Below, in pieces: positions 39,978-52,633 of a stretch of 64,000 nucleotides of DNA. The notes beneath the pieces are model-generated. The model did no database searches, was not told the DNA's origin, and saw only the letters and a list, made by a program, of their open reading frames with translations. A program made the translations under genes and the position numbers. The DNA lies in NCBI GenBank assembly GCA_951406725.2, contig OX597818.1:134168001-134232000 (forward strand), given 5' to 3'. The stretch's first letter is position 1. Each line of letters opens with the position of its first letter. This DNA comes from Octopus vulgaris (taxonomy: Eukaryota).

Positions 39978-40890
39978 AATAATAATAATAATAATAATGA
40001 AATTATTGTATACAGTGCTCAGGTGCACCACAACTTGTCAGAAAGTGCATATAAAGTACATGCAGTAATGTAGAAATGTCTGGAAAGCGAACAATGTATG
40101 AGTCAGATACATGCTTGTGTGTGTATGGAGGGGAGAAAATCAAGTGTAGTGTTGGCGAATCTCAGGAAGCATGGCAGTCTTGAAGGATGCAGTGCTCCGA
40201 CAACTAACAACCGATGTCGGCAGTTTGTTCCACGCTTCAGCAACTCTCAGCGTGAAAAAATGTTTCCTGAAGTCATGGGAGCTGTGCTGTTTTCTTACTT
40301 TGTAAATATGTCCACGGGTGTTAGATGGGTGGAGTTTGAAGAGGTGCTCAGAGTTATTGTTTGTGCGATGGTTGATAATTCCTACAATGATGTTGTGTCC
40401 ACCTATTTTTGTAGGGTTGTTTATAACTTGCTCAACTGCTACATCTCTGCAAAGCTGGATTGTGGCACATGTCTTCACTAACACATGTTATGGAGCATTG
40501 CTTTATGGTTGTATATTACACTTAACTGGTAATGCAAAGATAAAATCATTAAAAATAGAGACCCATGGACATATTTACAAAGTAAGAAAACAGCACAGCT
40601 CCGATGACTTCAGGAAATATTTTTTCACGCTGAGAGTTGCAGAAGCATGGAACAAACTGCCGACATCGGTTGTTAGTTGTCGGAGCACTGCATCCTTCAA
40701 AACTTCCATGCTTCCTGAGATTCGCCAACACTACACCTGATTTTCTCCCCTCCATACACACACACACGCATGTATCTGACTCATACATTGTTCGCTTTCC
40801 AGACATTTTTACATTACTGCATGTACTTTATATGCACTTTCTGACAAGTTGTGGTGCACCTAAGCACTGTATACAATAATTTCATTATTA
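39978..40890. mobile_element. Inverted pair of CR1 3' ends in MRPL41 intron 2
   Basis: Minus copy 39978-40380 and plus copy 40560-40890, highly similar over about 320 bp. Confidence 0.9.
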
Positions 40891-41012
40891 TATATAACAT
40901 TCACTTATATGAGAGGTGTAATATTAAAACTGAAGAATTATCTGAGATATCAAACGAGATGAAAGAGATATTTTCTTGGTTTTACAGTGAAAGAGATGAA
41001 ATATTTTCTTGC

Positions 41013-41113
41013 CTCACAATCTGTAAGATCAGGAACAACAATATTTGGTATCATTTCAGGAATAATGCAGTACTTCCCAGTTTTTCTGGAAAATCCACCA
41101 ACTTCAGGTACAA
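41013..41113 (-). CDS. MRPL41: MRPL41 exon 2 ((I)VPEVGGFSRKTGKYCIIPEMIPNIVVPDLTDCE)
   Basis: Acceptor ttttgttttttag, phase 1. PEMIP.IVVPDLT is the mL41 family signature. Ends at GAG|GCAAGA, a GC donor. Confidence 0.9.
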
Positions 41114-41227
41114 CTAAAAAACAAAATAAAAAAGGGGAAAATTTCTTGTGTGTCTTGTTATACAGGTAGATATCCTAATAACCAATTATAGTATAAAACT
41201 GAATCTTTGATTTTTGTATTATTAGCA

Positions 41228-42412
41228 AAGGTAGACTGTATGATGCCGGTGTGTGAACAGCCATGCTACAAGGCAGTGAAACATGGGCTGCGACTGCTGA
41301 GGATAGGCATAAACTTCAAAGAAATGAAGCAAGTATGCTCCACTGGAATTTTAATGTATGTGTGCATATACGACAGAGTGTAAGCACCCTGAGAAAAAAG
41401 TTGGACATATGAAGCATCAGATGTGTTGTATAGGAGCACTCCGTCGGTTACGACGACGAGGGTCCCAGCTGATACGATCAACAGAACAGCTTGCTCGTGG
41501 AATTAACGTGCAAGTGGCTGAGCAATCCACAGACACGAGTACCCTAAACGTAGTTCTCAGGGAGATTCAGCGTGACACAGAGTGTGACAAGGCCGGCCCT
41601 TTGAAATACAGGTACAACTCATTTTTGCCAGCTGAGCAGACTGGAGCAACGTGAAATAAAGTGTCTTGCTCAAGAACACAATGCATCGCCGGGAATCGAA
41701 CTCACGACCTTACAATCGTCAAGATGTGTTGTGCAAGAGAGATGACTGCGCTAGCATGGTCATGTGATGTGTATAGAGGAGGACAGACAGCTGTGTGAAG
41801 AAGTGTCACATGGTAACAGTGGAGGGAACCTGTGGAAGAGGTAGATGCAGGAAGACATGAGAAGAGGTGGTGAAGCACGACCTTTAAATGTTGGGCCTCA
41901 CAGAGGCAATGACAAGCGACTGAGACCTTTGAAGACATGCCGTGCTTGAGAAGACCCGGCAAGCCAAGTAAGATCGTAGTCATGGTCGATACCAGTGTTG
42001 CATAACTGGTCTGCTTAAAAGCACACTTCAATTGTTGGGCAATATGTTGTGTTTGTGAAGACATGTTGAACCAAGTGAAATCGTAGCTGTGGCCGATGCC
42101 AGTGCTGTCTGACAGGCACCCATACCGGTGGAACGTAGCACCATTCAAGTGTGACTGATGCCAGTGCCACCTGACTGGCAACCGTGCTGGTGGCACGTAA
42201 AAAGCACCATTTGGGCATGGCCAATGCCAGTGGCATGTAAAAGCACCCACTACACTCTCGGGGCAGTTAGTGTTAGGAAGGGCATCCAGCTGTAGAAACC
42301 TTGCCAAATCAGACTGGAGCCTGGTGCAGCCTTCTGGCTTGCCAGTTCTCAGTCAAACTGTCCAACCCTTGCCAGCATAGAAAGCAGACATTACAAGTCA
42401 GTGGCGATGATG
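41228..42412 (+). mobile_element. RTE-like LINE 3' part, interrupted by a SINE at about 41433-41720
   Basis: Same family as 21480-22680. The insertion is flanked by an AGATGTGTTGT duplication. Confidence 0.8.
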
Positions 42413-42685
42413 AGAATATTAAGTCAAATCTGTTGGATAAACCTTGTTACAAAGTTCCACAAGGAAATACGATGCTTCTACAACAATTTACAGACATACA
42501 TAAACAGACACAATAAAATCAGAATTGTTTCCATTTCATTTTTCAACTTCTGTTATTTCTTTTACTCATGACCATTGTTTTAATGTCCAATTTTCCATGC
42601 TCACATGGTTCAGATGGAATTTGTTGAGGTGGATTTTTCTACAGCTGGATGCCCTTCATGTCACCAACTCTCAACTATATTAAGA

Positions 42686-43121
42686 CTAGCAGCATAGCCC
42701 GGTGTTGCCCGGGTATGTAAGAGCCCCTAGTAGGCAACGACTAATCCCAATCTAGTCCTTTCCCTATAGGGAATGAAGGCGCATGTGTAGGTTGCAATGT
42801 CTTCTCTTCACTCGAATACTTCTATGTATACGATGTTCCTAGCTGTCCCTATGGGCGATAAAATGGTCGAGTTGTGTCCCCTAGACAGAAAATGTGTTGC
42901 ATATAAAAAGCTTAGATTCTCGACTCCATGTCGAATTTATCGATTTTTTTCAGAACTGGGGGAACTTTTCAAAATTTTCGCTGCGTTAGTTTTGAATTAT
43001 GACATTGGGCTATGTGTGTGTCAAGTTTCATCAGAATCGGTTGAAAGCCGTGGTCAGGGTGAGGGTACAACCTGACAGCCACACAGACAGACAAACTGCC
43101 GTTTATATATATATATAGAGA
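42686..43121 (-). mobile_element. Non-autonomous Helitron, related family
   Basis: Minus strand: A|TCTCTATATA...CCCGGGCAACACCGGG...CTAG|T. Confidence 0.75.
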
Positions 43122-44273
43122 TAATATTTCCCCATGACCAGACATCTTTCACAGAAGACTGGAAATGATGGACATCAATTGTATAATGGTGATATTCATT
43201 TAAAACCAATGAAATGAAGTGCCTTACTAAAGAACATGATATGCCACCTGTTCCAAGAGCCAAACCTCCCAAACTTATGATTGTGAGGCCAACGCCCAAA
43301 ATACTAGGCCACATATATGTGTATGCATTTGTGTGAATGTTTAAAATCTGGAGCTTCACATGGAAGCACCGAGTTAAAACACATAGTGGTTTTTGTTGAC
43401 ATTCTCTGTCAATAAATATCAACTCTCAGCCCAGTGCTTTCAAATACAAGAATAAGAAAAAATCCCTTACTGGAAAGGTATTGGACTCTAAAACTGTACC
43501 TCAATAACATGTATTCATCATATCTGTTTTGCAATAGAAAAATAGATATAAAATGAATGCACAATATGAGTGTGCCATCATAAACATTGTCATCATCTTA
43601 ACATCTACTTTTCTCATACCTGAATGGATTAGATGCAATTTATTGAGGCAGGTTTTCTATGGCCTGATACCCATCCTCACCTTTTTCCAAGCAAAGTGAT
43701 ATTTCCCTATGGCCAGATATGTTTTCACAGAATGTGTGCACATGCATTTGCATGTCTGCCAGTATCTTCTCACTGAAGCCATTTGGGCAACGGTGACGTT
43801 TGTTTACATTTCCCAGAAACGTCTTGTAGTTTTGATTAGTGGAAACTAGTAGAATTTTTTTTTTTAAATACCTTACAAGAAATACAAAGGACTGCTGACT
43901 GGAATGAATGTTCCTTTAGTAAGTCTCATCCAACCATGCCAGCATGGAAAAAGCAGATGTAAATATGATACTACGCAGAACACAAAATAAAAGCAGTCGT
44001 CCTTCGTTTTCACCTGCAGACATAAAAGCTTATTTTACCAGTCAGATATTATTGATATAAGGGGTCCGACAATATCGTCTGCGAATTGTAAGAAGACCGT
44101 TTCACAATCTTTTTCTTAAAAGTCAGTTTATAACTAGTATATACTATTATGTCAGATTTTGTGCCAGAACGGGAAATTTTTTATGTTATGACCTTATTTC
44201 GTCTCGGAAGATATTTGGGAACAACGGAAAAGGCCAATAACTGGTGTAGAAAATTTGGATTACAAGAAATTTG

Positions 44274-44683
44274 GGATCTTTTCGGTTTGACCGGCAGTTT
44301 TTAAAAATAATTTCCACATAACTAAACACTTTTAAACTTCGTATACTAGTAGAATATGTTTATAAAACATCTTTTTCTCTTGGCTTTATTGAGAAAATTC
44401 TATAGTTTGTAAGATATTTGTTGTTTTCTTTCTTCTTCAATTTCTGTAATTTCAACCAATCAGTGACGTCTATTGAGGTGAAAACATTCTGTGCCGTATG
44501 AATATGTCCCTCATTTAAGAAACAGATTGAGTTTATTTACATTTCTGAAGAAAAAAAAAGATACCCTTCACTCCACCCCTAAAACAGATTGAAATGCAAT
44601 AGATCGATACTAGGGTCATAATTATGGGTGACAATTTCATATGACACTGCTAGAAAAAACTGTCGTTCAAACCGAAAAGATAC
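44274..44683. mobile_element. MITE with GGATC-type TIRs and 8-bp TSD (Merlin-like)
   Basis: GGATCTTTTCGGTTTGA...TCAAACCGAAAAGATAC flanked by GAAATTTG at 44266-44273 and 44684-44691. Confidence 0.85.
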
Positions 44684-45638
44684 GAAATTTGTAGTTGAGT
44701 GCCTTAACTTGCATACGCCTTAAACGTATTTACTGTATTGTTTTATAATTATTTCTGTTGTACATCACAATAAAATGAGCGAAGGTTTAAGCGCTCCATA
44801 TAACCACCACTCATCAGTTTTGTATCTTTTGGAATTTTCAGAAAATTCTTGCGAATTTGTCCAACACATGAGAATTCATACGATTATTCCTGATGCGTAT
44901 ATTTACTCTTTACTCTTTTACTTGTTTCAGTCATTTGACTGCGGCCATGCTGGAGCACCGCCTTTAGTCGAGCAACTCGACCCCGGGACTTATTCTTTTG
45001 GTAAGCCCAGTACTTATTCTATCGGTCTCTTTTTGCCGAACCGCTAAGTGATGGGGACGTAAACACACCAGCATCGGTTGTCAAGCAATGCTAGGGGAAC
45101 AAACACAGACACACAAACACACACACATACATATACATATATACGACAGGCTTCTTTCAGTTTCCGTCTACCAAATCCACTCACAAGGCATTGGTCGGCC
45201 CGGGGCTATGCCCAAGATGCCATGCAGTGGGACTGAACCCGGAACTATGTGGTTGTTTAGCAAGCTACTTACCACACAGCCACTCCTGCGCCTTATGTGC
45301 GTGTGTTTTAATTTAAGGTTACGAATATAATAAAATAACGATAAATAAATATCATTTTAGTGCGGTTGCTGTTCTAGAAGGCACATGAGGGAGGGAGAAG
45401 ACATTTAAAAACATCTTAAAGTCTCCTTTCCATTGCTCTAGTGTTTGTGATAGAGAAAAAATTGGTAAATCACAACCAAAACATAGAAATTCTAACTTTC
45501 GTCAGACAGCTATTCGGCAAGTCCAAAACATTTCGAATTAACGAGTTTTTATCAATACCCAATCATAGTTTAAAAATTTAGGCGCTAAGCGCCAAAATTT
45601 ATTTTACGGAAGTAAACTGAACAATTATTCAACATTAA

Positions 45639-46037
45639 TCTTTATATATAAAAGTCAAGTTGTGTGTGTGTCTCCTACGATTTAGATTCCTAACTACTCC
45701 CACATTTTGCAGTGCAGTTTAACCAAAACCTGGTATCTTATAGTCGTGATTCATATCGAGCCCTTCTGGGTATTAGCGCGCGTCCACGATGAGTCTACGA
45801 TTTAAAAAAAAAATTATCATCAATTTTTTTTCGATTTTAATGCATTTTTTCGCTATTATATAAGGGAAGTAACTCTCTAAAAATATCTACGATGAGTCAA
45901 CGATTTTAAAACAAATTTACCATAATTTTTTTCCATTTTTGATGCATTTTTTTGCTAGTTTTTGGCTATAACTCTCTAAAAATGCTTATATAGTTATTTC
46001 CCTTACAAACCCGAGCAACGCCGGGCGATACTGCTAG
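45639..46037 (+). mobile_element. Non-autonomous Helitron
   Basis: A|TC start, subterminal hairpin CCCGAGCAACGCCGGG, CTAG|T end, no TSD. Confidence 0.85.
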
Positions 46038-46143
46038 TTGTATATAAAAAAAAAAAAGTGGGGTCGGATATACTTTTTAACACTAGCTAATTATACTAGC
46101 TATCAACTTAATTATCAACGAAGGACACATGGTAGGTACTCAC

Positions 46144-46309
46144 TGTGTTTAGCAAGAATACTTTGCACCTGTTTATGGTGCGGTTTGTCACGTTTTGCAT
46201 GTTTCCCAGTAACCTCAAAACGTTGATCGAAAGGATCGCGAGTTTTCTTGCCCAGGGAAAAGGAACTTGTTCGCAGAGATCGAACAAATTGTAACGTTGA
46301 CCCCTGCAT
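46144..46309 (-). CDS. MRPL41: Mitochondrial ribosomal protein L41 (mL41), exon 1 with putative targeting peptide
   Basis: MQGSTLQFVRSLRTSSFSLGKKTRDPFDQRFEVTGKHAKRDKPHHKQVQSILAKH has an Arg/Ser-rich N-terminus with no acidic residues. Donor A|GTGAGT, phase 1, matches exon 2. Confidence 0.85.
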
Positions 46310-47093
46310 GACTACTAAAAGTCATCGATATCAGAGACACCGCTTAACGGCTCTCAACTAAATAATGACTTCAAAAATTTTGTTCCGGGTATTATTTATC
46401 GTTGTTAAATTTCCTGCTGTCTTTCCTGCTACTGGTAATGTTGTTGTTTAGCCCCATGTCAACCGTGACTGAGCAAATCAATGATCAAACGAATTCCATC
46501 TATGCTTAACCTGCTAGGGTCGTTTTAACAGCATTAAAGGCCTCTAACAACCAAATAATACGTAGATTAGCTTTGGGCCTCCATTGTGTCCATGAATTGA
46601 CGATCGAGGTCGACTTTGCCTTTCATCCTTTCGGGGTCGATAATTTAAAGTACCAGTTACGCACTGGAGTCGATGTAATCGACTTAATACCTATGTTTGT
46701 CCCCTCTGTGTTTAGCCCCTTGTGGGTAATAAAGAAATAGATATTTAGGTCTATTATCTAATATAGGAACTTGTTAAATTTTTCGAAACACTACCACTTG
46801 AAGTTTTTCAAATTTTCACAAAATTATTTTCAAATAATGTACTTCTGATGCAGTTTTGCCTGCTGATAGCGAAAATTGCATTTATTGTTTCTATAAATAA
46901 GTAATAAAGAAATTACAAGCATTGAAAGTTATGTAATTTTAGCCCGTTGGAAGCGTCCTTTGCCAATAAATCAGAAGTCACAAGAGTTGTCATGGAAATC
47001 AGCAAAGACAAATTAAGACAAGAAAGATGAAACCTTTACGTAGACCCAACATGTTAGAAGTAGTAGCCGAATCTTCCTTAAATTATACCTTAA

Positions 47094-47996
47094 CTAGCAG
47101 TATCGCCCGGCGTTGCTCGGATTTGTAAGGGAAATAACTATATAAGCATTTTTAGAGATGTAAAGTATAATAGCCATCTCAATATGGCTAACCACAAAGG
47201 GGGGTGGGGGTGTTACTGTAGCATTTTACGTTCTGAGATTTAATAAATTTTTAGAGAGTTACTTCCCTTATAAATGCCAAAAATGCATTAAAAATGTGAA
47301 AAATTGATGTAAATTTTTTTTTTAATCGTAGACTCATCGTAGACGCGCGCTAATACCCAGAAGGGCTCGATATGAATCACGACTATAAGATACCCGGTTT
47401 TGGTTAAACTGCACCGCAAAATGTGGGAGTAGTTAGGAATCTAAATCGTAGGAGACAGACAGCACACAACCTTACTTTTATATATAAAGACTAGCAGTAT
47501 CGCCCGGCGTTGCTCGGGTTTGTAAGGGTATTAACTATATAAGCATTTTTAGAGAGTTACTTCCCTTATAAATTCGGGCTTTCTTAGCCATTTTTGTTTT
47601 GGTGTCTTCAAGCCATGAAGTCGTTGTTCTAAAAGAACGCTGGTTTCCTTCACAACGCATTACGACGTTGATTTCTTTACACTCCCTTCCCCACAGCTTC
47701 ACGAGGGAGGGAAGGGGGAGAAGCAAACAGGTGCAACTGTGAGCGTGGACGCCAACTCCGCCGCCATCGACACACGATGCATTTTATGCATTAAAATGGA
47801 ATTAAAAATGATGTTAAATTATTTTTAAAATCGTAGACTCATCGTTGACGCGCGCTAATAGCCAGACGGGCTCGATATGAATCACGACTATAAGATACCC
47901 GAATTTGGTTAAACTGCACCGCAAAATGTGGGAGGAGTTAGGAATCTAAATCGAAGGGGACAGACACTCACACAACTACAGTTTTATATATATAGA
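47094..47996 (-). mobile_element. Two head-to-tail non-autonomous Helitrons (47491-47996 and 47094-47490)
   Basis: Same termini as 45639-46037. The junction at 47490/47491 reads CTAG|TC on the minus strand. Confidence 0.85.
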
Positions 47997-49094
47997 TATC
48001 TAAACAACGAAAAGAACAACACATTATTAACATGGTTGGAGGTATTGGATTGTTCATTCATTAGAGAACTAATGGTCTTAAATTCACAGCAAAACTAAAT
48101 ATGTTTATTATATGTAATCATAAGCAACATGTGGGTATGTCTACAAAGTCAGAAAACAGCACAGCTCCCATGACTTTCGGAAACATTTTGTCACACTCAG
48201 AATTGCTGAAGCATGGAACAAACTACTTGCATCAGTTGTTAATTGCCGAGACATTGCATCCTTTAAAACCTCCATGCTTCCTGAAATTCGCCAACACTAC
48301 ACCTGATATCACCCCTCTATACACATGTATATCATGACGCTTACACTGTTCACTTTCCTGACTTTTGTACATAATTCTATGTACTGTATATGCACCTTTG
48401 ATGAGTTGTAGTACACCCGAGCACTATACATAATAATTTCATTATTATTATATTATTATTATAAGCACATGGAACGAAAAATTAGCATGTTTATCATACA
48501 CTTACTGATAGATATTTTGAAGTAGTTTTATAGGAGAAAATTTATGAGCTTGTACTTGTAAATGGGAAGCACTCCGTCGGTTACGACGACGAGGGTTCCG
48601 GTTGATCTGAATCAACAGAACAGCCTGCTCGTGAAATTAACGTGTAAGAGGCTGAGCACTCCACAGACACGTGTACCCTTAACGTAGTTCTCGGGGATAT
48701 TCAGCATGACACAGAGAGTGACAAGGCCGGCCCCTTGAAATACAGGTACAACAGAAACAGGAAGTAAGAGTGAGAGAAAGAGTACAGCAGGGATCACCAC
48801 CATCCCCTGTCAGAGCCTCGTGGAGCTTTAGGTGTTTTCGCTCAATAAACACTCACAACGCCCGGTCTGGGAATCGAAACCGCGATCCTATGACCGCGAG
48901 TCCGCTGCCCTAACCACTGGGCCATTGCGCCTCCACACTTGTAAATACAAAAGCTGTGACAGAATACTGGGAAAAAGTACGAAACCACAAATTTAACATG
49001 AATTGTATTTCAGTTTTTATCTTCCTTTAGATTAATTGTATGGCTTTTTGTGTTTTGTTCAAGAGAATTACCATACAGCTGCATAAAGTGGTGA

Positions 49095-50262
49095 TTCTAA
49101 ATGTGGAGGGAACCTGTGGGAAAGATAGATTCGGTAAGACATGGGACAAAGTGGTGAGTAATAATTTCCAAATGCTGGGCCTCACTGAGGAAATGACAAG
49201 GGACCAGGAGTTGTGGCAATTTGCTGTACTTGAGAAGAGGTAACAAGCTATGTAAAATTACTGTCATCCATACATACAGGCTGGACCTATACTGGTGCTG
49301 GTGCCACATAGAATACACTTGTGCTGCTGCTGCACAAATGCACCCATATTGGTGGTATGTAAATGGCACCCAGCACACTCTGTAAAGTGGTTGGCATTAC
49401 AAAGAGCATCCAGTCATAGAAATCATGCCACAACAGACAATTCTGGCCAGTTCCTGTCAAACTGTCCAAACCATGCCAGCATGGAAAGCAGATGTTAAAC
49501 AATGATGATGATGTTATGCCCAAATCTTTGACTATGGTGTTTGATGTTTTCTGTAACTGCAATCAGCTATTAGGATTATGCACCATTCCTACAGTTTTGC
49601 TGTCATTGCAATAACTCATTGCAAATAACTGACAGGCAGATGAAAGTTTAACATGCCCTTTCATCCTTCCTGGAAAATTTTCATTGAGATAATTAAAAAA
49701 TGTCATTTCCTCTGTGAGCCCCAACATCCTAAGATCGGTCCTTACCAGTTCATCCCATGTCTTTCTGGGTCTCCCTCTTCCACGGGTACTATCCACTTTC
49801 AGTAACAGGCACTGTCTTCATTCATATGCATCACATGTCCAAACCAACACAATCTCCTCTCTTGCATACCACATTTAATCCCTCTTATGCCTAACTTTTC
49901 TCTCAACACAGTTGTGCTTTGTTGGTCATGCACACTGATGTTGCAAATCTAATGGAGCATACTACCTTCATTCCTCTCCAGTTTATGCATGTCTTCAGCA
50001 TTCAGAGCCCATGTCTCACTACCATGTAACATAGCCATTCTCACACAAGCACCATACAATCTACCTTTCACTCTGAGAACTTTTGCTGCCAACAGAGGTA
50101 GTAGTTCTCTGAACTTCCTCCATTCTTATTCTAGAAACAATACTTTCAGAGCATCCACCACCATTACTAATTTAGTCACTTAAATAGCAGAAACTATCTA
50201 CTACCTCAAGAGAGCATCCTGGGCATTTGAGAGAGTTAAAGTCCTTCATGCTCTTAGTACTT
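49095..50262. mobile_element. Two RTE-like LINE fragments in opposite orientation (+ 49095-49512, - 49703-50262)
   Basis: VEGTCGKDRFGKTWD on + and RGRGRPRKTWDELV / LEVVDSFCYL on -. Confidence 0.75.
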
Positions 50263-51198
50263 ATTGAATGAAGACATCCTGAAAATTCATGAACTGATCT
50301 TGGAGGACTGTTACTGAACAATTGGCGATATTGTTGATATGACTGGTGTGTCCTGGAGCTCCTGCTAATGAATTTTGTGTGACGAATTGTGAATGAAAAA
50401 GAGTTGCAGAAAAATTTGTGCTTTGCTTGCTCAAGGAAGATCAAAAGCAATCATGACTGAATGCATGTCATGTACCTAAAGAACAGTTGAAAGTTAATTT
50501 GGACTTTAATTCAAAGGTCACTATTGGTGATGAAAGCTGATGCTATGGCTACAACCTGGAAATGAAACAGTAATCAAGTCAATAGAAAGAAGCATTCTGT
50601 GTCACTGCGCCCCAAAAAAGCGCATCAGGTGAAGTCCAATGTCAAGGCAATGCTGATTTGTTTCATTGATGTGAAAGGAATTGTCCACACACAATTTGTT
50701 CCTCCTGGTCAAACTGCCAACTAGACATTTTATTTCGCAGTCCTGAAGCATTTGTGAGACGTGGTTAGACAAAAACATCTTGACCTGTGGTGAAGTGGAG
50801 AGCAGGAGTTTCATCATGACAATGTACTTGTGTATGTTGCCTTGAGTGTGAGACAGTTACCCACTTACCCACCCTCTATTCACCAGATCTTGCTCCCCGG
50901 GACATTTTTTTGTTCCCTTGAATGAAAAAAGTCCTTAAAGCAAAGTGTGATGTTTACCTTATAAATAGCATCACAATTTCTCTGAATAATCAGTTAGTAC
51001 ATACTTAGAGAGATCATCTTCAATAACTTGAAGATCTTTATTTTCTTTTTGAGAGAGTTCAGTTCTTATATGCAAGTTCTTTAACCCTTTTGATACCAAC
51101 CTGCATGAAACCACCTCTGGCTCTGTAGTACAAATGTCTTGTTTTCAAAAGTTCTGAATTAAAATCTTCTACCAAACATTAGTCACAATTTATGTTCT

Positions 51199-52633
51199 GG
51201 ATCTATTCACAGAATATCTCAATCATAGATTTTTTTAATTAATTTTTTTTAACTAAACAGTTTGAAACTTCGAATACTGATAGAATTTTTCACATAGAAC
51301 AGAGTTTACTCTGAACGTTTTTGACCAAATTTTGCATTTTAGAAGTTATTTTGTGTTAACGTTGTTGTATTTGGGTAATTTTAACCAATCAACAATGCGT
51401 ATTTGGTTGAAAAAATCTACTGCTGTTTGCGATAGTAATCAAAGACTAACAACTTCTGGGTCATCTCTACTAAATGTCGCCATGAGTTCGCAGCTAGCTT
51501 TTTTGTTATTGATGTATATGTAATTTCAAAATGCCTTATTTTACATCTATGAGATGTATTGTTATTGTCACGATCTTATCTTACTATAATCAATATCAAA
51601 TACATTTTGTCAATATAAAAGTCTTTATTAGATAAAAAATAACTTTATCAAAATATGAAGGTAAAACAAAACAAATATGCTTTGTTTTCTTCCAGGCACC
51701 AATGTACTGTAGCTGTAAGCCACACTCTAGATTTTCCAGGTAAAAAATAGTGGCTTATACACTGGAAAATATGGTAATTGCATTGGCAGTGACAAGTTTG
51801 CTCGCTGGTTAGTTAGTTAGTTAGTTAGTTAGTTAATTTGGCTCAAAAGCAAATAGCAAGGCCATGTAGGGGGACATGGAGTTAAGTACAGGGTGGTGTT
51901 CATGTAAAGAGTTCAGGCCACTTGAGGTCCAGGGAGGCTTTGAACAAAGTGGTCGTCGGCATCTTCACCATCTCGTCTGGCAGCTTGTTCCACGGATCCG
52001 CAACCCGGACGGAGAAAGCTCCTCTCCTTCGATTAAGATGAAATCGTCGCAGGTAGAGCTTTTCGGAATGACCCCGCAGCCGACGCTCTGGAGCAGGAGT
52101 GAAGAACAGCTCTTTCGAGAGGTTACACTTTCCGCTTATGATGTTGTGGGCGAGAATGAGATCACCACGGCGGCGGCGTTTTTCAAGAGAATAAAGGTCG
52201 AGCGTCCTCAGCCTTTCTTCGTAGGACAAATTTTTGAGACCATGATACTTGATAGTTTAGAAGGGAGGGAAAGAGTAAGGAATGCACAGTGATGGCTACT
52301 TGAAAGAAAGGATAAAAGTGGCATCGTCTTCACACAACATAAAAATAGAACAGAGTAGTGACATTTAGTAGAGATGACCCAGAAGTCGTTCCTCTTTAAT
52401 TACTATTGCAAACAGCAGTAGCTTTCTTCAACCAAATACACATCATTGATTGGTTGAAATTACTCAAATACGACATCTTTAACATGAAATAACTTCTAAA
52501 ATATGAAATTTGGTCAAAAACATTTAGAGTAAACCATGTTCTACTTGAGAAATTCTACCAGTATTCAAAGTTTCAAACAGTTTAGTAAAAAAAATTTTTT
52601 TTTTTAAATCTGCGCTTGAGATGGAATAGATCC
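51199..52633. mobile_element. Long-TIR non-autonomous DNA element with GGATC ends and 8-bp TSD (Merlin-like)
   Basis: GGATCTATTC...GAATAGATCC flanked by TATGTTCT (51191-51198, 52634-52641). Imperfect TIRs of about 280 bp (51199-51480 vs 52360-52633). Confidence 0.85.
51808..52240 (-). mobile_element. CR1-clade LINE 3' end, second family, with (CTAA)n tail
   Basis: SYEERLRTLDLYSLEKRRRRGDLI...LRGH...FSVRVADPWNKLP. Confidence 0.92.
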
